Notes: generated from the sequence alone by a model not told the origin. A stretch of DNA of 64,000 nucleotides from Eledone cirrhosa (GCA_964016885.1 OZ024758.1:26226001-26290000), one strand, 5' to 3'. Counted from the stretch's first letter, positions 38,195 through 51,030 are shown. Made by a program: numbers and translations.

Positions 38195-38360
38195 TTTGTT
38201 TGCAAGAAAACAGCCTCATAAACACCACGAGTTAGATGACCAACATCATCCCTTTGTTCCAGTGGCGGTAGCTGAGAGAAAACAATCGACAATTGTTTCA
38301 GAGTTTTATTCCTTATCGAGATTGTCTATTCTCGTCACTGATACCCACTGGAACTGCTGA
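38195..38360 (+). CDS. Candidate terminal exon of the giant-repeat transcript ((R)LFARKQPHKHHELDDQHHPFVPVAVAERKQSTIVSEFYSLSRLSILVTDTHWNC*)
   Basis: gatattcag acceptor. Phase 2 matches the 37070 donor (CG|T = Arg). 54 stop-free codons in a GC-richer island within very AT-rich DNA. Confidence 0.6.
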
Positions 38361-38968
38361 GAATATATAATATTCTCAAATGTATACATTGGCTGATGAG
38401 CCTCATTTGCATACCGAGTGATTTTACAGCCGGCTTTGCTAAAAATTAGAAACAAAATTTGTTTTTGCTCTTATCCACCGTGTTAAGACTGAAAACAAAT
38501 TAAAAAATGTTTTCTATATCAATGGAATTTATCCATAAATTGGTTCACAGTCATACATATAGAATCAGTGCTATTTTGATTGTTAATATTACATGTAGCA
38601 GTGGCTGTTTATAGAACTGATTGCTGCAAGCAGATTCTACTTAATGATATACACATTGACAGTGTCAATCGCGTTTTCATGCTCCATTGGTTGTGTTTTG
38701 GGAATTCAAATTATTCTTTGTTGTGTTTTTATCATTATTTATTGATGTTAAGGTGTTACCCACAGTTTAAATACAGTAAAATATTGATTTACTTCCATTA
38801 TTTTAACAACTAATGTTTATTACCCAAAGGAAAGATGTTATGGCAAAACTAGATGTTATATATGTTATATAACAATGGAATATCAAATTAATATAATGTG
38901 TGTGTGAGTATACATGTATGTATATATATATATATATACATGCATCACACACACACATATATATAAAC

Positions 38969-38999
<31 letters not shown>

Positions 39000-39305
39000 C
39001 ATGTGTGTATACATGTGTGTGGCAGTGTAGGTGCTGTTCACCAGAAGTATTGCAAGGAAAAATTTATAAACAGATCTCTTTAATTCCATTTATGTTAAAC
39101 AGACATGCAAACACACACACAATCTGACAGGCTGATACACATACACACACACATGCATTCACACATACTCACATAAACACACACACACTTACAATACATA
39201 AACATATACAGTCATCTGTATTTTTAACTGTGTATATATGTTAGAATTTGTGTATAAAAAAAATTGAAAAATTCCATTACAGCCTTTAACATAGTATTAC
39301 CTATT

Positions 39306-40286
39306 TTTGAAAAATGTCTGACTACCTTCTGAAAAAGTCTGTCTATCTACTGAAAAAGTCTGTCTATCTTCTGAAAAATCTGTCTACCTTCTGAAAAATC
39401 TGTCTACCTTCTGAAAAAGTCTGTTGATCTTCTGAAAAAGTCTGACAACCTTCTAAAAAAGTCTGTCGATCTTCTGAAAAATCTGTCTACCTTCTGAAAA
39501 AATCTGTCTACCTTCTGAAAATGTCTGTCTACCTCCTGAAAATGTCTGACTACCTTCTAAAAAATCTGTCTATCTTTTGAAAAATGTGTCTACGTTCTGA
39601 AAAATCTGTCTATCTTCTGAAAATGTCTGACTACCTTCTAAAAAATATGTCGACCTTCTGAAAAATCTGTCTACCTTCTAAAATATCTGTCTATCTTCTG
39701 AAAAATTCTGACTACCTTCTGAAAAATCTGTCTATCTTCTGAAATATCTGTCTATCTTCTGAAAAATTCTGACTACCTTCTGAAAAATCTGTCTATCTTC
39801 TGAAATATCTGTCTATCTTCTGAAAAATTCTGACTACCTACTAAAAAATCTGTCTATCTTCTGAAATATCTGTCTATCTTCTGAAAAATCTGTCTATCTT
39901 CTGAAAAATCTGTCTATCTTCTGAAAAATTCTGACTACCTTCTGAAAAATCTGTCTATCTTCTGAAAAATCTGTCTATCTTCTGAAATATCTGTCTATCT
40001 TCTGAAAAATTCTGACTACCTTCTGAAATATCTGTCTATCTTCTGAAAAATCTGTCTATCTTCTGAAATATCTGTCTATCTTCTGAAAAATTCTGACTAC
40101 CTTCTGAAAAATCTGTCTATCTTCTGAAAAATCTGTCTATCTTCTGAAAAATTCTGACTACCTTCTGAAAAATTCTGACTACTTTCTGAAAAATCTGTCT
40201 ATCTTCTGAAATATCTGTCTATCTTCTGAAAAATCTGTCTACCTTCTGAAATATCTGTCTATCTTCTGAAAAATCTGTCTACCTTC
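39306..40286. repeat. 20-21-bp minisatellite (aaaaatctgtctaYcttctg), ~48 copies
   Basis: Directly visible head-to-tail repeats with no unique spacers. Confidence 0.95.
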
Positions 40287-40448
40287 TTACCAACAGATAT
40301 CCATTCAGTATTTTTTTCCTCCTTACAAAGATTTTAATGGTGCAATGATAATGAAATATTTTGAAAGCCAGAACAGTCTACACACATTTTTTGCATTCTT
40401 GTAATGCTCACTTTGGAAAGGATAGAAAAAAATATACATACATATATG

Positions 40449-40542
<94 letters not shown>

Positions 40543-40929
40543 TCAGGGTCATACCACTTTTAAACCAGTAAGTCTGGAATTTGCTGTCGAAATGGCAAGA
40601 GATCAGCTGTTGGGCCCTGACTCTCTAATATATATACACATATATATATATGTGGGTGTGCATGTGTATGTATGTCCAACCCATGCAAGCGTGGAAAAAT
40701 GGACATAAAAACAGTGACAATAAAGTATGTATATATATTCCAAAGTAATATCTTTTTTAAACAAGGGGCTGACCATCTAAATAAGGAGCTCAAAGTATTT
40801 AGGGACTGGAGAATTATATATATTGTTTTATTTGGGTTTATTTCACTACAAACTGTTGATGTGCGTCAGTCTTATATAAATTTTGTGATTGAAATACATT
40901 TGAAGTGCACTGTGTAGTAAAATAAACAC

Positions 40930-41925
40930 TAATATATATATAATATATATATACATATATATATTATATATACATATGTATATATTATATATATAAATAA
41001 ATATATATATATATATATATATAATATATATATACATATATATATTATATATACATATGTATATATTATATATATAAATAAATATATATATATATAATAT
41101 ATATGTATATATAATATATATATACATATATATATTATATATATGTATATATAATATATATATACATATATATATTAAATATACATATGTATATATTATA
41201 TATATAAATAAATATATATATATATAATATATATGTATATATAATATATATATACATATATATATTATATATATGTATATATAATATATATATACATATA
41301 TATATTATATATACATATGTATATATTATATATATAAATAAATATATATATATATATGTATATATAATATATATATACATATATATATTATATATATGTA
41401 TATATAATATATATATACATATATATATTATATATACATATGTATATATTATATATATAAATAAATATATATATATATAATATATATGTATATATAATAT
41501 ATATATACATATATATATTATATATATGTATATATAATATATATATACATATATATATTAAATATACATATGTATATATTATATATATAAATAAATATAT
41601 ATATATATATGTATATATAATATATATATACATATATATATTATATATATGTATATATAATATATATATACATATATATATTAAATATACATATGTATAT
41701 ATTATATATATAAATAAATATATATATATATATATAATATATATGTATATATAATATATATATACATATATATATTATATATATGTATGTATATATTATA
41801 TATATAAATATATATAATATATATATACATATATATATATTATATATATGTATATATAATATATATATACATATATATATTAAATATACATATGTATATA
41901 TTATATATATAAATATATATAATAT
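40930..41925. repeat. AT-only compound microsatellite with ~253-bp higher-order period
   Basis: (TA)n interrupted by recurring tacata, tgtata and taaata units; shadow ORFs recur at 41135, 41388 and 41641. Confidence 0.85.
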
Positions 41926-42251
41926 ATGAAGGAGTTGGAACCCCGGCAGCTGTGCTGCCATTTCAACAGCTAGTTCCAAACCTAATGGTCTTACAGACTT
42001 TTACTGCATCCATTCTGATTTATATATATATATAGTTAACCCATGTAAGCATTAATTAATATTATATTAATATAACTATGAAGTAATACCAGTAACTCAA
42101 GGTCCAGGAGTTTTGTGCTTGATAGCACTTATCAAACTGGTGAATTTTGCAAGCTTGCATGAGTTTATATAGGGAGGCAGGGGTATAGATTTATATATAT
42201 ATATATATCAATGATATTAATAAATGTAAACTATATTTATAAAACCATATT

Positions 42252-42312
42252 TATTCTATTATATATATTTCAAGGGTACCAAAACTTTGGTACGCTCTCA
42301 TCAGATAAAATA
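42252..42312 (-). ncRNA. Type-I hammerhead ribozyme motif (mirror of 42444-42504)
   Basis: Reverse complement reads tattttat-CTGATGA-stem II-GAAA-tatata-TA-atagaata. Confidence 0.75.
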
Positions 42313-42443
42313 CAAAGTTTGTTTTATAAATACTGACATATCCAGGAATGAGACCTTAACGGTTCAAGTTAAACTATCCAGGTGAAACTTGAACCATTAA
42401 GGTCTCATTCCTGGATATGTCAGTATTTATAAAACAAACTTTG

Positions 42444-42504
42444 TATTTTATCTGATGAGAGCGTACCAAAGTTTTGGTACCCTTGAAATATATATAATAG
42501 AATA
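42444..42504 (+). ncRNA. Type-I hammerhead ribozyme motif
   Basis: Stem I tattttat/atagaata; core CTGATGA 42452-42458; stem II gag(c)gtaccaaa/tttggtac(c)ctt; GAAA 42485-42488; minimal stem III with palindromic loop; predicted cleavage after AUA at 42496. Confidence 0.8.
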
Positions 42505-42633
42505 AATATGGTTTTATAAATATAGTTTCCATTTATTAATATCATTGATATTATACTCCAGAAAACCTGTTGAGTGCTTTGAATCTGTTATAAATATATT
42601 TGTTGAATTACCAACAAATTAAATATCCCTTTG

Positions 42634-42675
<42 letters not shown>

Positions 42676-42989
42676 ATATATATATATGTCTATGAGTATA
42701 TATATATATATATGTCTATGAGTATGAAATTTGCTTTCAAAAAGGCAAGAGCTCAGCCAACAGGCCCTGGCTCACCACTATATATATATCGATGGGGGAC
42801 ATAATCTTCGTAAGAATCGGTTCTGAATCTCCAATTGAGATTTCATTTATCTTTGACCTGGCAGTTCTAGTTTATCCTTTTTCTCAAACTTTTAATTCCA
42901 CTAATCCAAAGTCCATCATAGAATAACTACAGCAGTCCTACCTTACTGTTATACCCACATACACAATATATATATATGTATATATATAT

Positions 42990-43152
42990 GTACAAATATA
43001 TTACACAAAGAGAAGTGTGTTACACAGTGAGATGTGTAAAGAATTATTACAAGTGATTTTTACCGTTACTGTAATGGTAAAAATCACTTGTAATAATTCT
43101 TTACACACATCTCACTGTGTAACACGCTTCTCTTTGCGTAATATATTTGTAT
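42990..43152. repeat. TA-flanked inverted repeat (~75-bp arms)
   Basis: tacaaatatattac...gtgatttttacc / ggtaaaaatcac...gtaatatatttgta; no hammerhead core seen. Confidence 0.8.
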
Positions 43153-43496
43153 CTGAGCTCAGAAGAAAATTCTCTATTCTTCTTTGAGCTAATATTATTA
43201 TTATTACTGTGAACTGCGGAATACTCTTAATTCCGAACCTAGTATACTATATATATATGTATATATATATATATATAAATGAAGTATTTCCGTCGGAAAG
43301 GTACAGGAAAAAAGAGTGCTCTATGTAGGTAACAGAGCTTATTAGTTATGTAATATATATATATATACTGTAGTACAAGTTTGGGAGTAATATCCAAGAG
43401 TAAGAGCGCTCAGTCCATAGAGCAAGTTAAGTATAATTAGTTACAACATATACGACATATACAACATATACAGGTACTTAACTTTTGTTGGGCTAC

Positions 43497-43545
<49 letters not shown>

Positions 43546-44231
43546 CTTTATTATATATTTCTATATATAATAAAGATGCCTATACTCTATCAACGTATTG
43601 AGTACCATTTTTTAACTGTGGTCACCTCTTGATACACATCTGGAATTCACCAATAATTATACATAGATTTATATATACCTTGATACTCTGTTGACTGAGT
43701 TCTCTGTTGACAGGCCTCTGACATGAAGGTCCCGGGATCTGCTGTTATAGCATTTGAATTCATAGACATTATTGGATTGGTCTAGATTTGTTCAAGTTAA
43801 ATATATTCCTTCCGTGTCTATCTCAGTTTTAGAATAGGTACACCATATCTTAGCATACTTTAACAAACAAGCGACTAAAAGGCATGGCAACATGAAGGGC
43901 ACTTGGCTGTAAAATACTCTCTCAAAAAGTCACGTCCAATCCATGACACCATGGAAAAGTTGATATAAAAGTAATAATGATGATGATTATATATATATAT
44001 ATATATATATATAAAACTAAATAAACCTACAACAGATTTATATAGCTGTGTTGTGATCAAAATACTGATACTATGCAATTTTTCTCAATCAATCATCAGT
44101 ATTGAAAAAAACCAAAAAAAACAGAGAAAAAAATATTTATTATTTCGGCAACATTTCATAAGCGTCAGAAGATGTTGTTAAATTTAAGTTTCTTTATTGA
44201 CTTTCTTCAACTGTAAATTTGCTGTCTTTAA

Positions 44232-44655
44232 CCCTTTAGCATTTAAACCGGCCATATCCGTCCAAAATTCTCTCTTCTTTCTGTTCAAACCGGCTGTAAT
44301 TGGCCACTCATACTGATGTTAAGGTATTGTTCTCGAAATAGATAATCTCAAAATCTCATAGATTCGATATTATGTGAGATAATTATGAGAGGTAAAGCCT
44401 TTACCATGAAAATATAATAGTATATATAGAGTAATGTAAATGCTAAAGGGTTAAACTGCCCATATCCGTCCAAAATTCTCTCTTCTTTCTGTTCAAACCG
44501 GCTGTAACTGACCACTCATACTGATGTTAAGGTATTGTTCTCGAAATAGATAATCTCAAAATCTCATAGATTCGATATTATGTGAGATAATTATGTGAGA
44601 TAATTAACTGTGAAAATATAATAATATATATAGAGTAATGTAAATGCTAAAGGGT
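44232..44655. mobile_element. piggyBac-like MITE plus tandem partial duplicate
   Basis: TTAA|ccctttagcattt...aaatgctaaaggg|TTAA (44232-44450), followed by a second copy lacking the left TIR. Confidence 0.85.
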
Positions 44656-45237
44656 TAAAAAAAAAAAAACCCCCAAAACAGAAAAACAACCCTCATTACT
44701 GCCACATTCACCATTTTATAAAGTATTTGTTGTAAAAAATGACTAAATATGTATTTTGTGAGTGTATATATGTGAAATTGAGAGAAATTATATATTGGTG
44801 TGAATGTGAATTCTTGTATTTTCTCGATTGGTAAACTGGAGAAAATGTGATATTATATTCATGTGTACATACAACCATTCATATTTATATGTCGTTTATG
44901 TCTATATATTGTTTATATACACATGTATATATGTTAATTGTGATTTTTATATGTATAAGAGACGGTATACAGTTGAATTTTCTGTCATGTGAATAAAAAG
45001 AAACAAAATATAATATTTGATTTAAATTCAGAGTTGTTCTTGTTTTTTCTTCTTCTTCTTCTTCTTCCTCCTCTTCCTACACCTTCTCAGCTTTGCCCAC
45101 CTATGGGGCATGGGGACAAAGTCCTCAAACATGACCTCCAGAAGGTCCTATTAGAAGAGACCATCTGCACGATTCAGATGGATCCCCAAGCAAGACCAAG
45201 CTGATTGATGTTATCCAACTATCTTGCTGTATGTAGC

Positions 45238-45631
45238 ATCATCATCATCATCATCATTTCATTTTACGTCCACTTTTCCCTGCTTGCAAGGGTGGGACGG
45301 GAACTGATTCTGGCTTGTTTTCGACAGCTGGATGCCCTTCCCAACACCAACCTCATTTACAGTGAGTGCTGGGTGCTTTTTTGCTGTGGCACCTCCACAA
45401 CCACTTTACAGTGAGTGCTGGGTGCTTTTTTTTTGCCGTGGCACCTCCACGACCACTTTACAGTGGAATGATAGGGACCCCAGTCCCTATCATCTCATTT
45501 CTACAGCTGAGTAAACTGGAGCAATGTGAAATAAAGTGTCTTGCTCAAGGAAACAACACATCTCCCGGTCTGAGAATTGAACTCACAACCTTTCGATTGC
45601 AAGCCCATGCTCTGACCACTAAGCCATGTGC
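45238..45631 (-). mobile_element. tRNA-headed SINE (family B)
   Basis: Homologous to 17966-18293; has an internal ~50-bp duplication. Confidence 0.75.
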
Positions 45632-45913
45632 TATATATCATATATATGTGCTATATATCATATATATGTATGTATGTTCTCTTTCTCTTAATTTCGAGTA
45701 CATTTTTGACTGGCCACCTTCCCGGTGGCAAGGTCGTAAAAGAAAAGAAATTGTCGTCCCTTGAATCGCAAGAATGTTTTACAAATTTTGAAGGTGCCAG
45801 ATATCACGGCTATTTGAAGTCTATGGATTAGGGAGCTGCACTCTTTGTCCACAAATCAAAGTTCTGTCATACTTTGGTCCAAGTGGGTTGGTATATAACC
45901 TGTATGTATGTAT

Positions 45914-46510
45914 GTGCTACTGGTAACAAGTATGCCAGTACAACCTGTCTCATGGTCGGGTCGTTGGCGACTAAACTGGCAACCCCACCAAGGTTTCTTG
46001 GTGAGGAGGGTGGCTTTGGACATCCTGCAGGACTAAAAACAAAACCTGTCAAAGGGCAAAGGAGCTCTTAAGAGTCAATGGCCATCCAAAATCACTGGGA
46101 GAGATGACCCCTTAGCTTTTGTCAAGGCAGAATTCTAGGAGAAGGAAAACTCTGATATAACACCTGCAACCCTGATGGTATCCAATGATGTTGACTTGTT
46201 CTGCTTTTTGGTAAATATCATCTTGGTTAAGAGAGTGGGACTGGCTTTGTGCAGTGCCTTTGCTCACTATAAAAGCTTCACGGCACAGGCATTGCTTTAT
46301 ATCTGGAGATCTCTCTGCACTTGTCGTCACATGGTACCATGGGCCCAGCACTATGTGTCAATAATTGTCACAAGTGTAGTGTTTGTACCAGAGTTTTCAA
46401 GTCGCTGGCTGGACTAAAAAGTCACACTCGTTCAGCGCATCGGTAGAGGTTCTCCTACATGGATATAAAGTAGTGGCCGTACTCGAAAATGAGTTGATCA
46501 GCCACCACCA
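45914..46510. repeat. ~595-bp GC-richer repeat, copy 1 (probable transposon fragment), flanked by (TATG)n
   Basis: Near-identical direct copy at 47103-47696 and a partial inverted copy at ~47722-47832. Confidence 0.75.
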
Positions 46511-46968
46511 TGTATGTGTGTATGTATATATGTATGTGTGAATGTATGTATGTGGGAATGTGTGTGTGCATGTATGTATGCATGTGTGTATGTGCGAATG
46601 TATGTATGTTTGTATGTATGTATGAATGTATGTATGAATGTATGTATGTATGTGTATGAATGTATGTATGTGTGTATGTAAGTGAATGTGTGTATGCATG
46701 TATGTATGTGTGCATGTATGTATGTGGGAATGTGTGTATGTATGTATGTATGTATGAATATATGAATGTGTGTATGCATGTATGTATGTGTGAATGTGTA
46801 TGTATGTATGCATGCATGTGTGTATGTATGAATGTATGTATGCATGTGTATGTATGTATGTATGTATGTATGCATGTATGTATGTATCTGTGAATGTATG
46901 TATGTGTGAATGTCTATATGTATATATCTATGTATGTATGTACGTGTGAATGTATGTATGTATGTATG
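46511..46968. repeat. Degenerate (TATG)n/(TG)n microsatellite
   Basis: Directly visible. Confidence 0.9.
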
Positions 46969-47051
46969 CAGGTGCAAAACCATGGTCATTAGTGACCGAT
47001 GGAGGCCTTAAAAAGTATGTATCTGTGAATATATGTATATATATGTGAATG

Positions 47052-47085
<34 letters not shown>

Positions 47086-47102
47086 TGTCAGGTCACCAGT
47101 TG

Positions 47103-47696
47103 GTGCTACTGGTAACATGTATCCCAGTACAACCTGTCTCATGGTCGGGTCGTTGGCGACTAAACTGGCAACCCCACCAAGGTTTCTTGGTGAGGAGGGT
47201 GGCTTTGGACATCCTGCAGGACTAAAAACAAAACCTGTCAAAAGGCAAAGGGGCTCTTAAGAGTCAATAGCCATCCAAAATCACCGGGAGAGATGACCCC
47301 TTAGCCTTTGTCAAGGCAGAATTCTAGGAGAAGGAAAACTCTGATATAACACCTGCAACCCTGATGGTATCCAATGATGTTGAATTGTTCTTCTTTTTGG
47401 TAAATATCATCTTGGTTAAGAGAGTGGGACTGGCTTTGTGCAGTGCCTTTGCTCACTATAAAAGTTTCACAGCACAGGCATTGCTTTATATCTGGAGATC
47501 TCTCTGCACTTGTCGTCACATGGTACCATGGGCCCAGCACTATGTGTCAATAATTGTCACAAGTGTAGTGTTTGTACCAGAGTTTTCAAGTCGCTGGCTG
47601 GACTAAAAAGTCACATTCGTTCAGCGCATTGGTAGGGGTTCTCCTACATGGATATAAAGTAGTGGCCGTACTCGAAAACGAGTTGGCAGCCACCAT
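47103..47696. repeat. ~595-bp repeat, copy 2
   Basis: Direct repeat of 45914-46510. Confidence 0.75.
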
Positions 47697-49161
47697 GTAT
47701 GCATGTATGTATGTATGTGTATTTTTTAGTCCTGCAGGATGTCCAAAGTCACCCTCCTCACCAAGAAACCTTGGTGGGGTTGCCAGTTTAGTCGCCAACG
47801 ACCCGACCATGAGACAGGTTGTACTGGGATACATAATAAATAAATAAAAAAATAAAATAAAAATTAAAAAATAAATAAATATATATATATATATTTCTTT
47901 TTTTTTATTTTTTATTTTATTTATTTTTTATTTAATTTTTTTTCTCTCCTTGTGCAATGGCCATACTCGATAACGAGGGGGCAGCCATCATGTATGTATG
48001 TATGTAGCTAGGTAAGTAAATATATATATGTGTACGCCTGCGTGCGTACGCATATATACATTTTTTTTAAGAAAGAGTTGTTTCCCTCATATAACTTGGA
48101 TAGGTTTCGGTCAGTCTGGCCCAGGTCATGTTTAACTTAATAACACTACTTATTTTATTTAGTTGTCGTCATTAATCATCATCATTATCATAATCAACTA
48201 TCTTCTGCTCTCAGCCATGGATAACCATCTCAGCCTTCCTTGCATTGTCTTGCCCTTAAACATGTAGTTCATATTATCTATGTAATTCTTGGGTTTGTCT
48301 TTCTTCTCTTCTCATTCCTTTTGTTTTTTATCAGTAATCTCCGTGAAACATTTTTTCATATATATATATATATATATAATATGTTACTTTTTCCCCTTTA
48401 ATGATGTCTAATGAAATTTTCTTAGTTTTAACCATTTTTAGTATTTCTTCATTAGTTGTGTTCTGTTCGTGCGTCTCAAAAATTCGTTTATATTTATCAA
48501 AGGCTTCTTATTTTTTTTCCGTGAATAGATAATTTGAAATATTCTCGTCCAAATTTAAATTCTTTTGTCTACAAATCTTTCAATTTATATAAATTTGTTG
48601 AAAATATAAATGAATTTACGTTTATCGTCTGCCAACTTTTCCCATCGAATGGCTATGAAAGATCGTCTGTCAAGGGGAACAACTCTGTATTAACTAATAT
48701 AAAATTCCGTATCGACTAATATAAAATTTATAAAATTTATATTATTAATATATATGGGATACCAGAATATACCAAATTTCGAAAATGAAACTTATTTATG
48801 CGAATAGAAAAATTTATGGCAGAATTCTTAATTATTTAAAAATTTTTAACAAAGGCTGTATATATTACTGACGTTCTGTTGTAATGAGCCATTTGTCAGT
48901 TTGTGTCTCTCAATTAACGTTTATAATAATTACCATGGCAATCAGCTAGCCAAAACTACCCGATGTAGACTGGAAAGTAGGGTTGCTCCAACAAACACAC
49001 TTTAAGCAATACATTAATGTCTTCCGTTTGTAAGATGCTCGTTACTCGGAGTTTTTGTGAAATTACCCAGTTACCGTTCTCAGTGTACATGATGTCACAC
49101 CGGTAGGTATAACATCATCGTTATCTTGTTCTCCCATGTTGATTTTCTATTTACTTTTCTG

Positions 49162-49201
<40 letters not shown>

Positions 49202-49747
49202 TAAGACTCATTACTGCTATGAACACTTTTTCAACACACCTACACCCATGCACTTATTAAAGGGGGAGAAAAGAAACCCCCACCACACCACAGACATGTT
49301 AAATCCCTATATATAGAACAACACACCACATACACATCAGTTTGACAAGCGCACCTCAGCGTGAAAGGTCTTTCTAAAAACGAAACAATACCTCCTACGT
49401 TAACCAAGAACTCCTAAAGACCTAACCAACAACCAACAACTTAATTTATAAAATAATTTTTTTTAAGAAAAATTCTTTTTGGATTTTGTGAAGAAAATAA
49501 ATTTGTTGAAAGCACAAGTGAAGCCATTTTTTCTTCCCCCCTGTCTTAATATACCTAACCGTACCAAGGATTACACACATTTTCCAATATATATATATAT
49601 ATATGATTTTAGTCCAGAATTAGCCGTCGAAACGGCTTGAGTTCAGCCGTCGGGGTCCTACTCGTTCCTATTTTCCACTCTACTACCCTAAGTATTGAGT
49701 ACTTTGGTGCGTTATGGTCCACCTGGTTCCTTACCACATTTCCTCCG

Positions 49748-49810
<63 letters not shown>

Positions 49811-49945
49811 TGTGTGTAAAAGTTCTATTTAAATTGTTGGGATACAACAAGCAAATATTTTGATAACTGATATAAAGCACTCAACAAATAATTGGAGTAA
49901 AAATACGATATTAACAAATGGAAACTATATTTATAAAACCATATT

Positions 49946-50010
49946 TATTTCATTATACATATTTCAAGGACACCAAGTTAAATTATGGTGTGCTTTCATC
50001 AGATAAAATA
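49946..50010 (-). ncRNA. Type-I hammerhead ribozyme motif (mirror of 50137-50201)
   Basis: Reverse complement reads CTGATGA-aag(c)acacca..tggtgt(c)ctt-GAAA-tatgta-TA. Confidence 0.72.
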
Positions 50011-50136
50011 TAATATAGAGCAGTTTCATAAATAAATATTGACATACCCTTAAAATCTATCCGGGAGCTTCCAACAGAAATGGTTGCATTCTTTTAAGGG
50101 TATGTCAATATTTATTTATAAAACTGCTCTATATTA

Positions 50137-50201
50137 TATTTTATCTGATGAAAGCACACCATAATTTAACTTGGTGTCCTTGAAATATGTATAATGAAAT
50201 A
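50137..50201 (+). ncRNA. Type-I hammerhead ribozyme motif
   Basis: Stem I tattttat/atgaaata; CTGATGA at 50145; stem II acacca/tggtgt, compensatory relative to the 42-kb copy; GAAA at 50182. Confidence 0.75.
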
Positions 50202-50241
50202 AATATGGTTTTATAAATATAGTTTCCATTTGTTAATATCG

Positions 50242-50273
<32 letters not shown>

Positions 50274-50329
50274 ATATATATTATTCAAAATATTAATAAA
50301 TAAAGACGTTCACATAATCAAAATATATG

Positions 50330-50391
50330 TTTTATTATATATATTTCGGAGGTACTGTGCTGTTTTTTCAGTACGTCCTCATCAGATAAAA
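50330..50391 (-). ncRNA. Type-I hammerhead ribozyme motif (second subfamily)
   Basis: Reverse complement reads ttttat-CTGATGA-gga(c)gtactg..cagtac(c)tcc-GAAA-tatata-TA-ataaaa. Confidence 0.78.
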
Positions 50392-50744
50392 TATATGAAT
50401 TGATGTATGACATACCTCAACTGTCTTGATGGTTCAATATATATTATATATATTCCGAAATATATATAATAAAACATATATTTTGATTATGTGAATGTCT
50501 TCATTTATTAATATTCTGAATAATATTAATAAATCCAGAAAACTTCTTTGTAGAGTGCTTTTAATCTATTGTAAAACTATATTCATTGAGTAATCAATGA
50601 ACCATATTAATCTTTGGTTATATTGATATATCTTCTTGTGACATTTGTGACTCTTCTTGAGTACTCTTGACCTGACGATTGGTGTTAGGGTCTGGGTTAG
50701 GGTTTGGTCCAAGTCTGGTAATGTTGAGCAGCTCACTATACATA

Positions 50745-50823
50745 CAGGATATCCCCCAAACATGTATACACACTTTTATTAGAATGCTGTTGAAGTGTGT
50801 ATATATTTTTGGGGAACACCCTG
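50745..50823. mobile_element. Tiny Tc1/mariner-like MITE
   Basis: ta|caggatatcccccaaa ... ttttggggaacaccctg imperfect TIRs. Confidence 0.45.
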
Positions 50824-50843
50824 TGTATATATATGAATTCATG

Positions 50844-51030
50844 GTGGATTGGCAGTATCGGTAGAGAATCGGACACCATGCTTTGAAGCATAGAGTTACG
50901 TCCCTTTATGATCTGAGTTCAAATCCCGCCGAAGTTAACTTTGCCTTTCATTCTTACGGGGTCGATAAAATAAAGTACCAGTAATGCACTGGTAATTGCT
51001 GGCCTTGTGCCTAAAGTAGAAACAATTATT
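50844..51030 (+). mobile_element. tRNA-derived SINE (family A)
   Basis: Matches the family A consensus. Confidence 0.85.

Larger units (their letters stand above)
42206..42636. mobile_element. TA-flanked foldback element (165-bp inverted arms 42206-42370 / 42386-42550), Penelope-like terminal repeat
   Basis: Near-perfect inverted repeat with a 15-nt loop; each arm carries a hammerhead motif; flanked by (TA)n. Confidence 0.75.
49820..50244. mobile_element. TA-flanked foldback element (arms ~49903-50055 / 50092-50244), Penelope-like terminal repeat
   Basis: Homologous to 42206-42636; a hammerhead motif in each arm. Confidence 0.75.

Noticed and set aside
38391-38432. ggCTGATGAGcc after the candidate terminal exon as another hammerhead
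   Set aside because: No GAAA, stem III or UH in the required positions.
39306-40286. Regular short repeats that could be mistaken for a CRISPR array
   Set aside because: Units are head-to-tail with no unique spacers, there are no cas genes, and the context is eukaryotic.
43679-43769. Minus-strand ATG-initiated stretch (MSMNSNAITADPGTFMSE...) ending at G|gtatat
   Set aside because: Only ~30 codons, no recognisable homology or partner exons, and it lies among TA-flanked repeat debris.
40334-47260. Numerous YI-, HT- and MYVC-rich ORFs
   Set aside because: These are translations of (TA)n, (CA)n and (TATG)n microsatellites.
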